From an uncultured Chloroflexia bacterium (GTDB lineage Bacteria; Chloroflexota; Limnocylindria; Limnocylindrales; CSP1-4), in NCBI GenBank assembly GCA_963842755.1, contig CAWJIC010000022.1, forward strand, positions 8,984-72,983: DNA of 64,000 bases. Reading direction: 5' to 3'. Each line of letters opens with the position of its first letter. The stretch's first letter is position 1. Position numbers and translations under genes: made by a program. The notes under the pieces were generated by a model. That model worked only from the letters and a program-made list of their open reading frames with translations. It was not told the origin of the DNA and made no database searches. Below, piece after piece: positions 51,507-61,419 of the stretch.

Positions 51507-53326
51507 GAGTGCGCCCGGCCGTCGGGTCGCCGGCGCGGCTCGCCGCCGGGCCGCGACGGCGCCGTGCGCGCCGTCGACCGCCGCGGCTCGCGGCGTGGCC
51601 GCCGCCGGCGCGACGTCGCGGATCTCGAGCTGGAGCGACTCAGCCGCCGAACCGCCGGCTGACGAGCCGGGCGACGACGTCGAGCCGGTCGCCCTCGCGC
51701 AGGCCGGTCGCGAGATCGGCCCGCCCGAACGCGATCCCGTCGAGGACGTCGACGCCGCTTGCGCAGCGTGAGCTGGGTGTGCCCGCCGGTGGCGGCCCGC
51801 ACGCGGGTCACGGTGAGGCCCTCGACCGCCACGAGCGGCTCCGGGTTGCCGGGACCCGCACGGAGCGAGCCGGGCGAGCTCGCGATGCAGGCGCGTAGTC
51901 GACGTCCGGGGCCGGCAGGGCGAGATCGACCGCGAGCGGCCGGCCGCGGGTCGGTGCGGGCGCCGGCCCGGCCGCGGCGAGCGCCAGGAAGCGCGCCCCG
52001 AACGCGTCCCAGTGCCCGGTCGGCATCTCGAACCCGGCCGCCCCGGCGATGACCGCCGTGGCGGACGAAGAGGTCGGCGCAGGCGACGAGCGCCGCGGCG
52101 AGGTCGAGCCGCGCCGTCGCTCCGGCACGACGCCCGGACGATGCCGCCCAGCTCCGTCCCGACGACGGCCGGGCGGCCGCGCTCCTCGGCGAGGCGACCG
52201 GCCACCAGCCCGACGATCCCGACCGGCCAGTCGGCCCGCGGACGACGCGTGGCGGCCGCGATCGCCGGGGTCAGCCGCCAGCGGCCGCCTGGGCCTCGGC
52301 CAGGCCGACTTCGTGAGGTCGCGCCGGGTCGAGGTTGGCGGCCTCGAGCGCTCGGCGAGCTCGGCCGGCCTCGGCCGGGTCGTCGGCCAGGAGGAGGCGG
52401 GCCGCGTCGATCGCCTCGCCCACCCGGCCGGCGGCGTTGAGGCGCGGGGCGATGACGAACGCGATCGTCTCGAGGTCGACGGTCGCCGGCGCGACGCCGG
52501 CCCGCTCGAGGAGCGCGGCGATCCCCGGCCGCGGCGCGGTCCGCAGCCGATCCAGGCCCAGCCGCGCGATCGCCCGGTTCTCGCCCAGGATCGGGGCGAC
52601 GTCGGCGACCGTGCCGATCGTCGGCCAGGTCGGCCAGCGCGAGCGCCGTCGCCGGCGCCGCCCGGGCTCGTCGGCCAGGAGCAGCTGGGCCACCTTGAAC
52701 GCGACGCCGCTGCCGGCCAGCCGCCGGTCCGGGTACCGGCCGTCGGCGCGATGCGGGTTGACGACCGCGAGCGGCCGGCGGCAGCTCGGGCGGCAGGCGG
52801 TGGTGGTCCGTGACGATGACGTCGATCCCGCGCCGGCCCGCCGTCGGCGATCTCGGCGCACGCTCGTGGAGCCCGTGTCGACGGTCACGATGAGCGTTCG
52901 CGCCGGCGGCCTCGGCCGCGTCGACGGCCGCGCAGCGACAGGCCATGCCCCTCGTCGAGGCGGCTCGGGACGTAGGCCTCGGCGGTCGAGCCCGAACGCG
53001 CGCAGCGCGCGGACCATGATCGCCAGGCCGGTCAGGCCGTCGGCGTCGAAGTCGCCGAAGACGAGGACGCGCTCGCCCGTCGCGCGCGCACGCTCGAGCC
53101 GGGCCAGGAGCAGGTCGGCGTCGGGCAGGAGCGCCGGGTCGTGGAGGCCGATCGCCGCGGTTCGGCGAAGAACGCCGTCGAGCTCGCCGCCCGATCCGCC
53201 ACGCCGCGGATCGCCAGCAGCCGGGCGACCCGCTCGGAGAGCCCCGACTCGCGGGCCGCCGCGAGGAAGGCCGGCGTCGATGTCGACCGGATCGGGGAGG
53301 CGCCAGCGGAAGCGGGGCTCGATCAC
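51503..53326 (-). CDS. recJ: Single-stranded DNA exonuclease RecJ (frameshifted)
   Basis: FGDFDADG, TVDTG, TDHH, GTVADV..LGENR, APRLNAAGR, GGH. Confidence 0.92.
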
Positions 53327-53396
53327 GTCGTCAGGATGCCACGACGGGCTTCACCGCGGCCTGCACCGGATCGCGGTCCGCTCGGAGGCACCCGGG

Positions 53397-54628
53397 TCAG
53401 GACGGCGGGTCGGCGGACCGCGGACGCGAGCGGGGCGGCCCGACCGCTTGCGGCGGTCGTCCCAGTCGTGCCAGACGACGAGCAGCGGGCTCGCGTTGAA
53501 GATCGACGAGTAGGTCCCGGAGACGATGCCGATCAGCAGGGCGAGCACGAAGTCCGTCGATCGCCGCGCCGCCGAACAGGAGCAGCGCGAGCAGCGTGAG
53601 GACGACGGTCAGGCTGGTCGTGATCGACCGGCCGAACGTCTGCAGGATCGAGTGGTTGACGATCTCGGCGAACGGCTCGCCGGCGTGGCGGGCGCGGTTC
53701 TCGCGGATCCGGTCGAAGACGACGATCGTGTCGTGGACGCTGAAGCCGATGACGGTCAGCATCGCGGTCACGAACAGGGCGTCGATCTGGACCCGGAAGA
53801 ACGTGCCCAGGATCGCGAAGATGCCCGACGACGACGATGACGTCGTGGAGCAGCGCGACGAGCGCGGTCGACGCCGAACTTCACGTCGCGGAAGCGGTAG
53901 CGTGATCCAGAGCAGGATCCCGAGCGAGCCGACGAGGATCAGGATGAGCGCCTGGCTGATCAGGTCGCGAGCTGACGACCGGCGCCGATCGTGGTCAGGC
54001 TGCGCCTGCTCGGCGATCGGGCCGAGCGCCGCCTCGAGCGCGTCGGCCATCTCGCCGAGCTTGCCCTGCGGTCGGGAGCTCGGTGTTGCCGGCCGGCGCG
54101 GCCGACGGCGACGGCGAGGCGGCCGGGGCTGCCGCGGCGGCACGCGCGGAGGCGGCCGGGCTGGGCGACGGCGCGGGCTCGGCGAGGCCGCTGGGCTGGA
54201 CGACGCGCCGGTCGCCGAGGCGCCGGGCGGACGCCGGCGCGCCGGGCGCCGAGGCTCGGGCTCGCGCCGCGCTCGAGCCGGAGGCGCCGCTCGGCGCGAC
54301 GGTGCGGCGTCGGCGACCGGCGTCGGGGTCGGCTGCGAGCGAGGCCGATCTGCTTCGGTCTGGATCTCGATGAAGCCCGTCGCCGGTCTGCGATCGACGA
54401 TGCGCCTCGAGGCCGTGCGTCGGCGAAGACCGCCTCGACCTGGTCCGGCGTGACGTTCGGGTCCTCGAAGCTGGATCTCCCAGTCCGTGCCGCCGGTGTA
54501 GTCGATCGTGAACTGGAGGCCCGCCGCGCCGTTCGAGACGGGGTCAGGAGGATGAAGATCAGGCCGGGGATCGTGATGAGCAGCGAGAAGAGGAAGAACC
54601 AGCGCCGCTTGCCGATGACGTCAAACAC
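53397..54628 (-). CDS. secF: Protein translocase subunit SecF with Ala/Ser/Pro insert (frameshifted)
   Basis: IDYTGGT, LLHDV, IGFSVHDTIVVFDRIREN, GRSITTS, GTYSSIF. Confidence 0.92.
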
Positions 54629-56033
54629 GCGCGCGCGCCTCGCGCCGGAGCGGGCCGGCCCGGCGTCGCGCGCGCGACGAACTCGTCCTCGCGCGACGCC
54701 GTACAGCGCACGGCCTTGCGCGCCCAGTCCTGGCGGACGACGACGCGCAGGATCGTGCGGGTCACGGTGATCGCGCTGAACATCGAGACGAGGACGCCGA
54801 TGATCAGGACGAGGGCGAAGCCGCGGATCGATCGACGAGCCGAAGAGGTACAGGATCGTCGCGGTGATCAGGCTCGACACGTTCGAGTCGAGGATCGAGT
54901 TCCAGGCCCGGTTGAAGCCGGCCTCGACGCCGGCGGGCAGCGACTTGCCGAGCGCGCAGCTCCTCCTTCATCCGCTCGAAGATCAGGATGTTGGCGTCGA
55001 CCGCCATGCCCACCGAGAGCACGAAGCCCGCGATGCCGGCGAGGGTCAGCGTCACCGGGATGAGCCGGAAGATCGCGTAGCACCACGAGCGCGTAGTAGA
55101 TGAGCGCGAAGCTCGCGACGACGCCCGGCAGCCGGTAGTAGATGAGCATGAAGAGGATGACGAGCAGCGATCCCGATCGCGCCGGCGAGCAGGCTCTGGT
55201 TGAGGAACTGCCTCGCCGAGCGTCGGCGCTGATCGTGTCGCTCGACAGCTCCTGCGATCGGGAACGGCAGCGAGCCGAACTGGAGGATCGTGACGAGGTT
55301 CGTTCGCCTCCTTGACCGCGGATAGCCGCCGATCCCGCCTGGCGTGATCTGGACGTGGCCGCTGGGGATCGCGCTCGTTGATGCACCGGCGCGGAGATGA
55401 CCGTCGCCGTCGAGGACGATCGCGAAGTAGTCGCCGACGTGGTCCGGCGGTGTAGTCGCGCGAACAGCTTCGCGCCGTCGTCCTTGAGCACGAAGTCGAC
55501 CGGCCGGCCGGCCGTTCTGGTCCGTGCGCCGACTGCGTCGCCGGACAGCGACCTGGTCGCCGCTGAACAGCGGCGGGCACTGGTCGTCGAGGTCGAGGAC
55601 CTGGCCCTGGCTGGTCGGCCGTGCGTCTGGCCGAGCGGGACGAAGTCGAGCCGGCCGGTCTGGCCGACGAGCTTGCGGATCGCCTCGCGGTTCGGTGACG
55701 CCCGGCAGCTCGACGACGACCCGGTCCGTGCCCTGGGTCGACGACGACCGGCTCGGAGACGCCGGTCGAGTTCACCCGGCGCTCGATGATGTCGCTTGAT
55801 GACTCGCAGGTCGTCGCGGCGCGTCGGGCGCCTTGTCCCCGACCGGGAGGGCCTGGTACTCGACCCGCAGGCCGCCCTCGAGGTCGAGGCCGAGCTTCGT
55901 CTCGAGCCTGCGCCACGGCCGCTCGGCGTCGGCGAGTCGGGCAGCTGACCGGGCACGAAGTCGACGACGAGCGCGCGAGCGAGGAGCACGATGAGGGGCA
56001 GGATCGACGATCGGCGATCCAGGCTCTACGCAT
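54621..56033 (-). CDS. secD: Protein translocase subunit SecD (frameshifted)
   Basis: [55 protein letters not shown]. Confidence 0.93.
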
Positions 56034-56062
56034 CGAGGCGCGGATGCTACACGGCCGACGGC

Positions 56063-56213
56063 CGGCGTTGCGTCCAGGACACCGATCCGGGGTGCGGGCG
56101 TCGAGCCTGCGGTCTGACCGTCCTGTTGCCTGCCCCGCAACGAGCCAGGGTCGGAGCCCGCCGGCGGCGTCCCTGACGGTCGCCACCGCGATCTGGCCGA
56201 CAGCGCAACGGCG
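56063..56213 (-). repeat. Structured ~155-nt intergenic element, copy B (candidate ncRNA or MITE)
   Basis: Homologous to 31546-31704, sharing blocks such as CCCTGACGGTCGCCACCGCGATCTG and GCCGACAGCGCAACGGCG. Confidence 0.7.
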
Positions 56214-56253
56214 CTCGAAGCGGTCGCCGAGGGCTCGCTAGCGGGCCGGGCGG

Positions 56254-58128
56254 TCAGGCCTCGAGCGTCGCCTTGATCCGCGCGGCGAGCGCGGCGCCGA
56301 TCCCCGGGCACCGCCGCGATCTGCTCGACCGGCGCCTCGCGGACCCGCTTCGTCGAGCCGAACACCCGGAGCAGCGCGCGCTTGCCGCTTCGGGCCGACG
56401 CCGGGCAGGTCGTCGAAGGCGGAGCGGACCGTGGCGCTTCGCGCGCAGGTCGCGGTGGTAGGTGATCGCGAAGCGGTGGGCCTCGTCGCGCAGGCGCTGG
56501 ACGAGGTAGAGCGCCGGCGACGTCGGCGGCAGGACGATCGGGTCCGGCGCGGCCCGGGCAGGAACAGCTCCTCGCGCTCCTTGGCCAGCCCGGCCAGCGG
56601 CAGGTCGTGCAGCCCGAGCTCGTCGAGGACCTCCTTGGCGGCGCTGACCTGGCCCTTGCCGCCGTCGACGATGACGAGGTCCGGGCATCGCCCAGCGGCG
56701 CTCCTCCTCGCTGCCCTCCTCGCCCGACTTCGCGCCGGCCGGAACCGGCGGCGCAGGACCTCCTGGTGGCTGGCGAAGTCGTTCGGGCCCTGGACGGTCT
56801 TGATCCGGAACCGGCGGTACTCGCCCGTCCGCGGCTTGCCCTCCTCGAACACGACCATGCTCGCCGACCGACTCGCCGCCCTGGAAGTTGCAGATGTCGT
56901 AGCACTCGATCCGCAGCGGCGGCCCGGGCAGCCCGAGCGCCTCGGCCAGCTCCTCGAGGGCGCCCAGCGTCTTGCCCTGGTCGGCCAGCCAGCGGGCCTG
57001 CTCGCGGGCGAGCGTCTCGGCGGCGTTGCGCGTGGCGAGCGCCATCAGCTCGCGCTTCTCGCCGCGCTGCGGGACGCGGAGGTGGACCGGGCCGCCGCGC
57101 CGCTCGGCCAGGAACGCCTCGAGGCTCGGCGTCCTCGGCGACACGGCCGGGACGAGGACCTCGCGCGGGATCGACGTCGCGCGGCGCGTAGTACTGCTCC
57201 AGGAAGCTCGCGCAGGACCTCGTCGTCGGGCGCCTCGCGGGCGGCGTCGAGCAGGAACACGTCGCGCCCGATCATCTTCCCGTCGCGGATCGACGAACAG
57301 CTGGATCGCCGCCTGGTTGTCCTGGCGGGCCAGCCCGACGAGGTCGAGCTCGGTCCGCGCGAAGGCGGCCATCTTCTGGCTCTCCATCGTCCGCTCGATC
57401 GCCCGGATCTTGTCGCGCAGGGCGCGCCGCCCGCTCGTAGTCGGTCCGCTCGGACGCCGCGCGCCATCTCGCGCTCGAGCGCCTTCGACCAGCGTCTCCT
57501 GGCGGCCCTCGAGGAACAGCTCGACCTGCTCGATGTCGGCGCCGGTAGGCGTCCTTCGAGATCGCCTCGATGCACGGGCCCTGGCAGCGCTTGATGTGGT
57601 ACAGCAGGCACGGCCGCTGGAGGGCCCGCTCGCCGTCCTGGATGTCGATCGTGCAGGTCCGGAACGGGAAGAGCCGGCGGACGAGGTTCATCGACTCGTC
57701 GACGCTCGTCGCCGACGCGTACGGCCCGAAGTAGCGGCTGCCGTCGTTGACGCAGCTTGCGCGTCCGCTCGACCCGCGGGAAGTCGTCGGCCGAGGGTGA
57801 CCTTGATGTACGGGTAGCTCTTGTCGTCCTTGAGCCGGACGTTGAAGCGCGGCCGGTAGCGCTTGATCAGGTTCGCCTCGAGGAGGAGCGCCTCGCTGAC
57901 CGAGTCGGTCATCGGTGTACTCGACGTCGGCGACCCGGTCGATGACCGCTGCGGATCCGGTGGACCTCGCCGACCGGCGCCTGCCTTCTGCCAGTAGCTC
58001 CGGACGCGGCTGCGCAGGCTCTGGGCCTTGCCGACGTAGAGCGACGTCGCCGCGGGCGTCCTTCATGAGGTAGACGCCCGGTCGGTCGGGCAGCTTGCGC
58101 GAGGGTCGCCTGCGAGCTCGGGGGTCAC
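56254..58128 (-). CDS. uvrC: Excinuclease ABC subunit C (frameshifted)
   Basis: [56 protein letters not shown], HhH. Confidence 0.94.
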
Positions 58129-58190
58129 GGGGGGATTTTAGTCGGCGCCGACCGACCGGCCGGTGGCCCTGAAACCTGCCCCTGGCGCCT
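58129..58190 (-). promoter_or_regulatory. uvrC leaderless promoter region (duplicated at 60422-60483)
   Basis: TAAAAT lies 6 nt before the GTG; the upstream block GGCGCCAGGGGCAGGTTTCAGGGCCACCGG recurs before the chimeric copy. Confidence 0.6.
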
Positions 58191-58640
58191 TCAGCCGGAT
58201 CGACGCGATCCACGACGGGGCCGGGTCGCGCGAGCCACCGCCGCCTCGGCCATCCCCCGACCGACCAGGTCGTCGAGCTCCTCGCCGCGCGGCACGAACT
58301 CGATCTCGTCGCCGGACTTCACAGAGAGGTCGGTGGCGGGCCGGAAGAGGGAGACTTTCTTCCCGTTCGGAAAGACGGCGTTCAACTCGAGTTGCGCTCC
58401 CGCGGTCCGGGCGAGCCTTCGGATCGTCGAGACCTTGACGTCGGTCGCCCGTTCGATGCGGGAGACATTCTCCTGGCTCATCGAGGCTGCGGACGCGAAG
58501 TCCTCCTGGGTCAATCCGACAGCCTCGCGGAGGGCAGCGAGGGCCAGGATCATGTCGATCTCGCGCCCATACTGCTCGATGCGGGCGCGCCGAACGGGAT
58601 CGACCATCGCCGCATCGATCTCGGCCTGAACGTCCTTCAT
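58191..58640 (-). CDS. XRE/HigA-type HTH antitoxin whose C-terminus derives from the AbrB gene
   Basis: LAALREAVGLTQEDFA..SQENVSRIE HTH; tail GDEIEFVPRGEELDDLVGRGMAEAA matches 60930-61146. Confidence 0.8.
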   Translation of the reverse strand: MKDVQAEIDAAMVDPVRRARIEQYGREIDMILALAALREAVGLTQEDFASAASMSQENVSRIERATDVKVSTIRRLARTAGAQLELNAVFPNGKKVSLFRPATDLSVKSGDEIEFVPRGEELDDLVGRGMAEAAVARATRPRRGSRRSG

Positions 58641-58902
58641 CGCTTGCGTCCTCCGGGCTTCCACGACGACCGGTTCTTCGTCGCAAGCCCCTCGCTCTCG
58701 AGGTGTCGCTCGTAGATCGCGTCCGCGATCGCTATGTTCGTCTGGAACCCAGGATCTGGCCGGAGAGCGGCCGTCGGAGCGCCGGCCCGTCGATCTGGAG
58801 CCGGAGTGCCACCGCGATGATCACGTCCTGCTCCTCGACCGCAAGGTCGTCGAACCACTTCGCGTACGCCGCACTCCGCAGGATCGCCCACCGTCCGGCC
58901 AT
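58637..58902 (-). pseudogene. Internally deleted RelE/HigB-like (Gp49/DUF891-type) toxin
   Basis: N-terminus WFDDL..QIDGPALRRPL joined out of frame to C-terminus IAIADAIYERHL; the central catalytic part is missing; ATGA overlap with the antitoxin. Confidence 0.7.
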
Positions 58903-59065
58903 CAGTATTCGTCGCGCATACTAGAACGTCAAGGTGGTACACGGGCGGCAACTACTACCTCGAGGCTGGTGAGACGCTCGATGAGATGTTGCCGGCGGGT
59001 GTTGCCGACACTTGGCTCAAGAACGGCGAGCTGATCCGCGGTGCTGCGTCCGCTACGTCCACGGA

Positions 59066-59502
59066 CTATCCGCGGAGCGGGTGAAGGCCGACGCAGGTCA
59101 GCGGTTCCTTGCCGTTCAGGAGCGAGGTGAACCAGTCGAAGGCAGCGAAGAGGTCGACTGGACCACCCGCATAGTGATGATCTCGCTCGGGATGCGCCGG
59201 GTCGACGCAGTGCGTGTGGTACGTGCCGTCGTGCCAATGGAACCCGAAGCGTCCCGGGTCTGGCCGCAAGAGGAGGTCGTACGCGTACCTGATCAGGCTC
59301 CAGAGGCCGCCTCGAGGACCCAGGTCTCGACGAAGTAGAGATGGGCGGTCGTGAGAGCGCCCCACCCTGGGTGCGTGACCGTGATGACGATCGTCTGTGG
59401 GCTGCCCTCCTGGCGCGCGACATCGACATGGCCCAAGCGTCGGAACGCGCCTTCGACAGTCTCGATCCGTTGATCGAGCTGCTGAGGGCGCAGTCGGGTC
59501 AC
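59066..59502 (-). CDS. Uncharacterised His-rich protein (one frameshift near 59310)
   Basis: Two overlapping ORFs join into about 145 aa: ..YFVETW../..IRYAYDL..RFGFHWHDGTYHTHC..; GTGA overlap with the upstream HTH gene. Confidence 0.6.
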
Positions 59503-59795
59503 GCCTGCCGCGAGCTGGACCGGTGCTCGGCAGAGATGTCCCGCCAGATCTGCTCGCTCTCCGCAGGCGACAACTCGCGGCGCGTCACCGCGTCGTCCTC
59601 TCCCAGCATCTCCATGAGCGCGCTAAGCGGGATCCGGTAGACACGTTCCGACAGTTGGTAGGCGAACAGCCTCTCGGCGTGGATCCAGTCGCGGACCGTG
59701 GACACGTGGACCTGCAACAGGGCCGAAATCTCGGCAGGCGTGTAGAACGCCTTCTTCTCGAAGTCAGTCCGGGCCATGGCACGCTCCGTCTTCAT
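59499..59795 (-). CDS. Excisionase-like HTH_17 (MerR-superfamily) DNA-binding protein
   Basis: FYTPAEISALLQVHVSTVRDWIHAERL.A..YRIP; promoter TTGCCT-N16-TATGAT ends 6 nt before the ATG. Confidence 0.8.
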   Translation of the reverse strand: MKTERAMARTDFEKKAFYTPAEISALLQVHVSTVRDWIHAERLFAYQLSERVYRIPLSALMEMLGEDDAVTRRELSPAESEQIWRDISAEHRSSSRQA

Positions 59796-59956
59796 GCAGT
59801 CATCATAGCGGATAGACCGGATGAGGCAAGTAGTCGCGGGAATAGCGTCCAAGCCAGGCAAGCGGAATGACCACAGATTTCTGTCGTTTCTGAGACATGG
59901 CCACGCTCGCACAGCCCTGGTTCGATGCGCGAGCTGCATACGGCGGCGGCCGCGGG

Positions 59957-60421
59957 TCAAACCCGCGCGCCCCGAGACGCCAGAGCGCGCCGTTCTACCG
60001 GTTGTCGACGGTTCGGGCGGACGCGATCATCGTCGAACGACGCCACGGCCGGCGGGCCGACCCCGAGCGCGGCGGCGGCGAGGTAGGCGTCCGCGAAGTC
60101 GAGCCTCGCGCGTTCGCCGTAGAGCCGGAGAGCGCGGACGAGGGTGGGACCTTCCGTGAGAGCGAGCCCGTCGGCCTCGAGCAGGAGCGCCTCGCTGACC
60201 GAGTCGGTCAGGGTGTACTCGAGGTCGGCCACCCGGTCGATGACGCTGCGGATCCGGTGGGGCTCCGTGCCCGGCGACTGCTTCTGCCAGTAGCTCCGGA
60301 CGCGGCCCCGCAGGCTCTGGGCCTTGCCCACGTAGAGCACGTCCCCGCGGACGTCCTTCATGAGGTAGACGCCCGGTCGGTCGGGCAGCTTGCGGAGGGT
60401 GGCGGCGAGGTCGGGGGTCAC
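59957..60421 (-). pseudogene. Chimeric ORF: UvrC GIY-YIG N-terminus fused in frame to the C-terminal half of VapC (PIN)
   Basis: About 80 codons match the uvrC start, then LEADGLALTEGPTLVRALRLYGERARLDFADAY..ASFD matches the neighbouring vapC. Confidence 0.8.
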
Positions 60422-60486
60422 GGGGGGATTCTCGTCGGCGGCGCCCGGCCAGCCGGTGGCCCTGAAACCTGCCCCTGGCGCCTGCC

Positions 60487-60933
60487 TCACGCCGAGATGC
60501 GGCGCACGCCCTCGACGGTGTCGAGGTCCGCGTCGAACGACGCGACGGCCGGCGGGCCGACCTCGAGCGCGGCGGCCGTGAGGTAGGCGTCCGCAAAGTC
60601 GAGCCTCGTGCGTTCCCCGTAGAGCCGGAGGGTGCGGACGAGGGTGGGACCTTCCGTGAGAACGAGCCCATCGGCCTCTAGCAGGGGGCCGAGCCGTTGG
60701 GCGGTGAGCTGGCGCGTCCAGGCGAGGAGCGAGCGGGCGACGTAGACGAGCTCGGCCACCACGATCGGGGTCACGATGAGGCCGAGCTGTCCGTCGGCCA
60801 CCCGCCGAAAGACGCCGAGCGCCTGCTCGTGCAGCGGATGGCCGGGGCCGACGAGCAGGGCGACGAAGAGGTTCGTGTCGGCGTAGGCGAGGTCCGGCCG
60901 CCCCCGTGGCCCGCGCTTCCCCGGCGCCCTCAT
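60487..60933 (-). CDS. VapC-type PIN domain toxin
   Basis: ADTNLFV, VVAEL, LDFADAY, ASFDADL acidic tetrad. Confidence 0.9.
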   Translation of the reverse strand: MRAPGKRGPRGRPDLAYADTNLFVALLVGPGHPLHEQALGVFRRVADGQLGLIVTPIVVAELVYVARSLLAWTRQLTAQRLGPLLEADGLVLTEGPTLVRTLRLYGERTRLDFADAYLTAAALEVGPPAVASFDADLDTVEGVRRISA

Positions 60934-61250
60934 CCGGGTCGACGCGATGGCCGCCGGGACCGGGTCGCGCGAGCCATCGCCGCCTCGGCCATCCCCCGAC
61001 CGATCAGTTCGTCGAGCTCCTCCGCGGTGCCCGGAACGCGCGGCGAGGCCTCCGCCGCGATCCCCGCAAAGTCGAGCACGCTCCGCCTGTGCCGGACCTC
61101 CACGACGAGCTCATCGCCACGCGACACGAACTCGATCTCGTCGCCGGGTCGCGCGCCGAGCGCCTCGCGCACGGCCTTGGGCACCGTGATCTGCCCCTGG
61201 CTGGTCAGCCGGGCGCGCCGACGAGTAACCAGACTCACTTCAGTAACCAC
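60930..61250 (-). CDS. AbrB/MazE/SpoVT family antitoxin (VapB)
   Basis: RLTSQGQITVPKAVREALGARPGDEIEF; ATGA overlap with vapC. Confidence 0.9.
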   Translation of the reverse strand: MVTEVSLVTRRRARLTSQGQITVPKAVREALGARPGDEIEFVSRGDELVVEVRHRRSVLDFAGIAAEASPRVPGTAEELDELIGRGMAEAAMARATRSRRPSRRPG

Positions 61251-61256
61251 GTAGAT

Positions 61257-61286
61257 CACATTAGGCCAAGGCCATGTAATGTGCAA
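61257..61286 (-). promoter_or_regulatory. vapBC promoter with palindromic operator
   Basis: TTGCAC-N17-TAATGT overlapped by the inverted repeat CACATTA..TAATGTG; GTG 7 nt downstream. Confidence 0.7.
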
Positions 61287-61366
61287 CCTGGCTCGAGAGC
61301 TCGGTCCGGCCGCCCTGGACCGACGCCCCCTTCGGCGCTTCGAAACGAAGCCGAGTCAGCGCCGTC

Positions 61367-61394
61367 GAGGCCCCCGGCTCGCGCCGGGGGCCTC
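61367..61394 (-). terminator. Hairpin after the S8 peptidase gene
   Basis: GAGGCCCCCGGC-TCGC-GCCGGGGGCCTC. Confidence 0.55.
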
Positions 61395-61419
61395 ACACGT
61401 GTCGCTACGAGACGGGATG

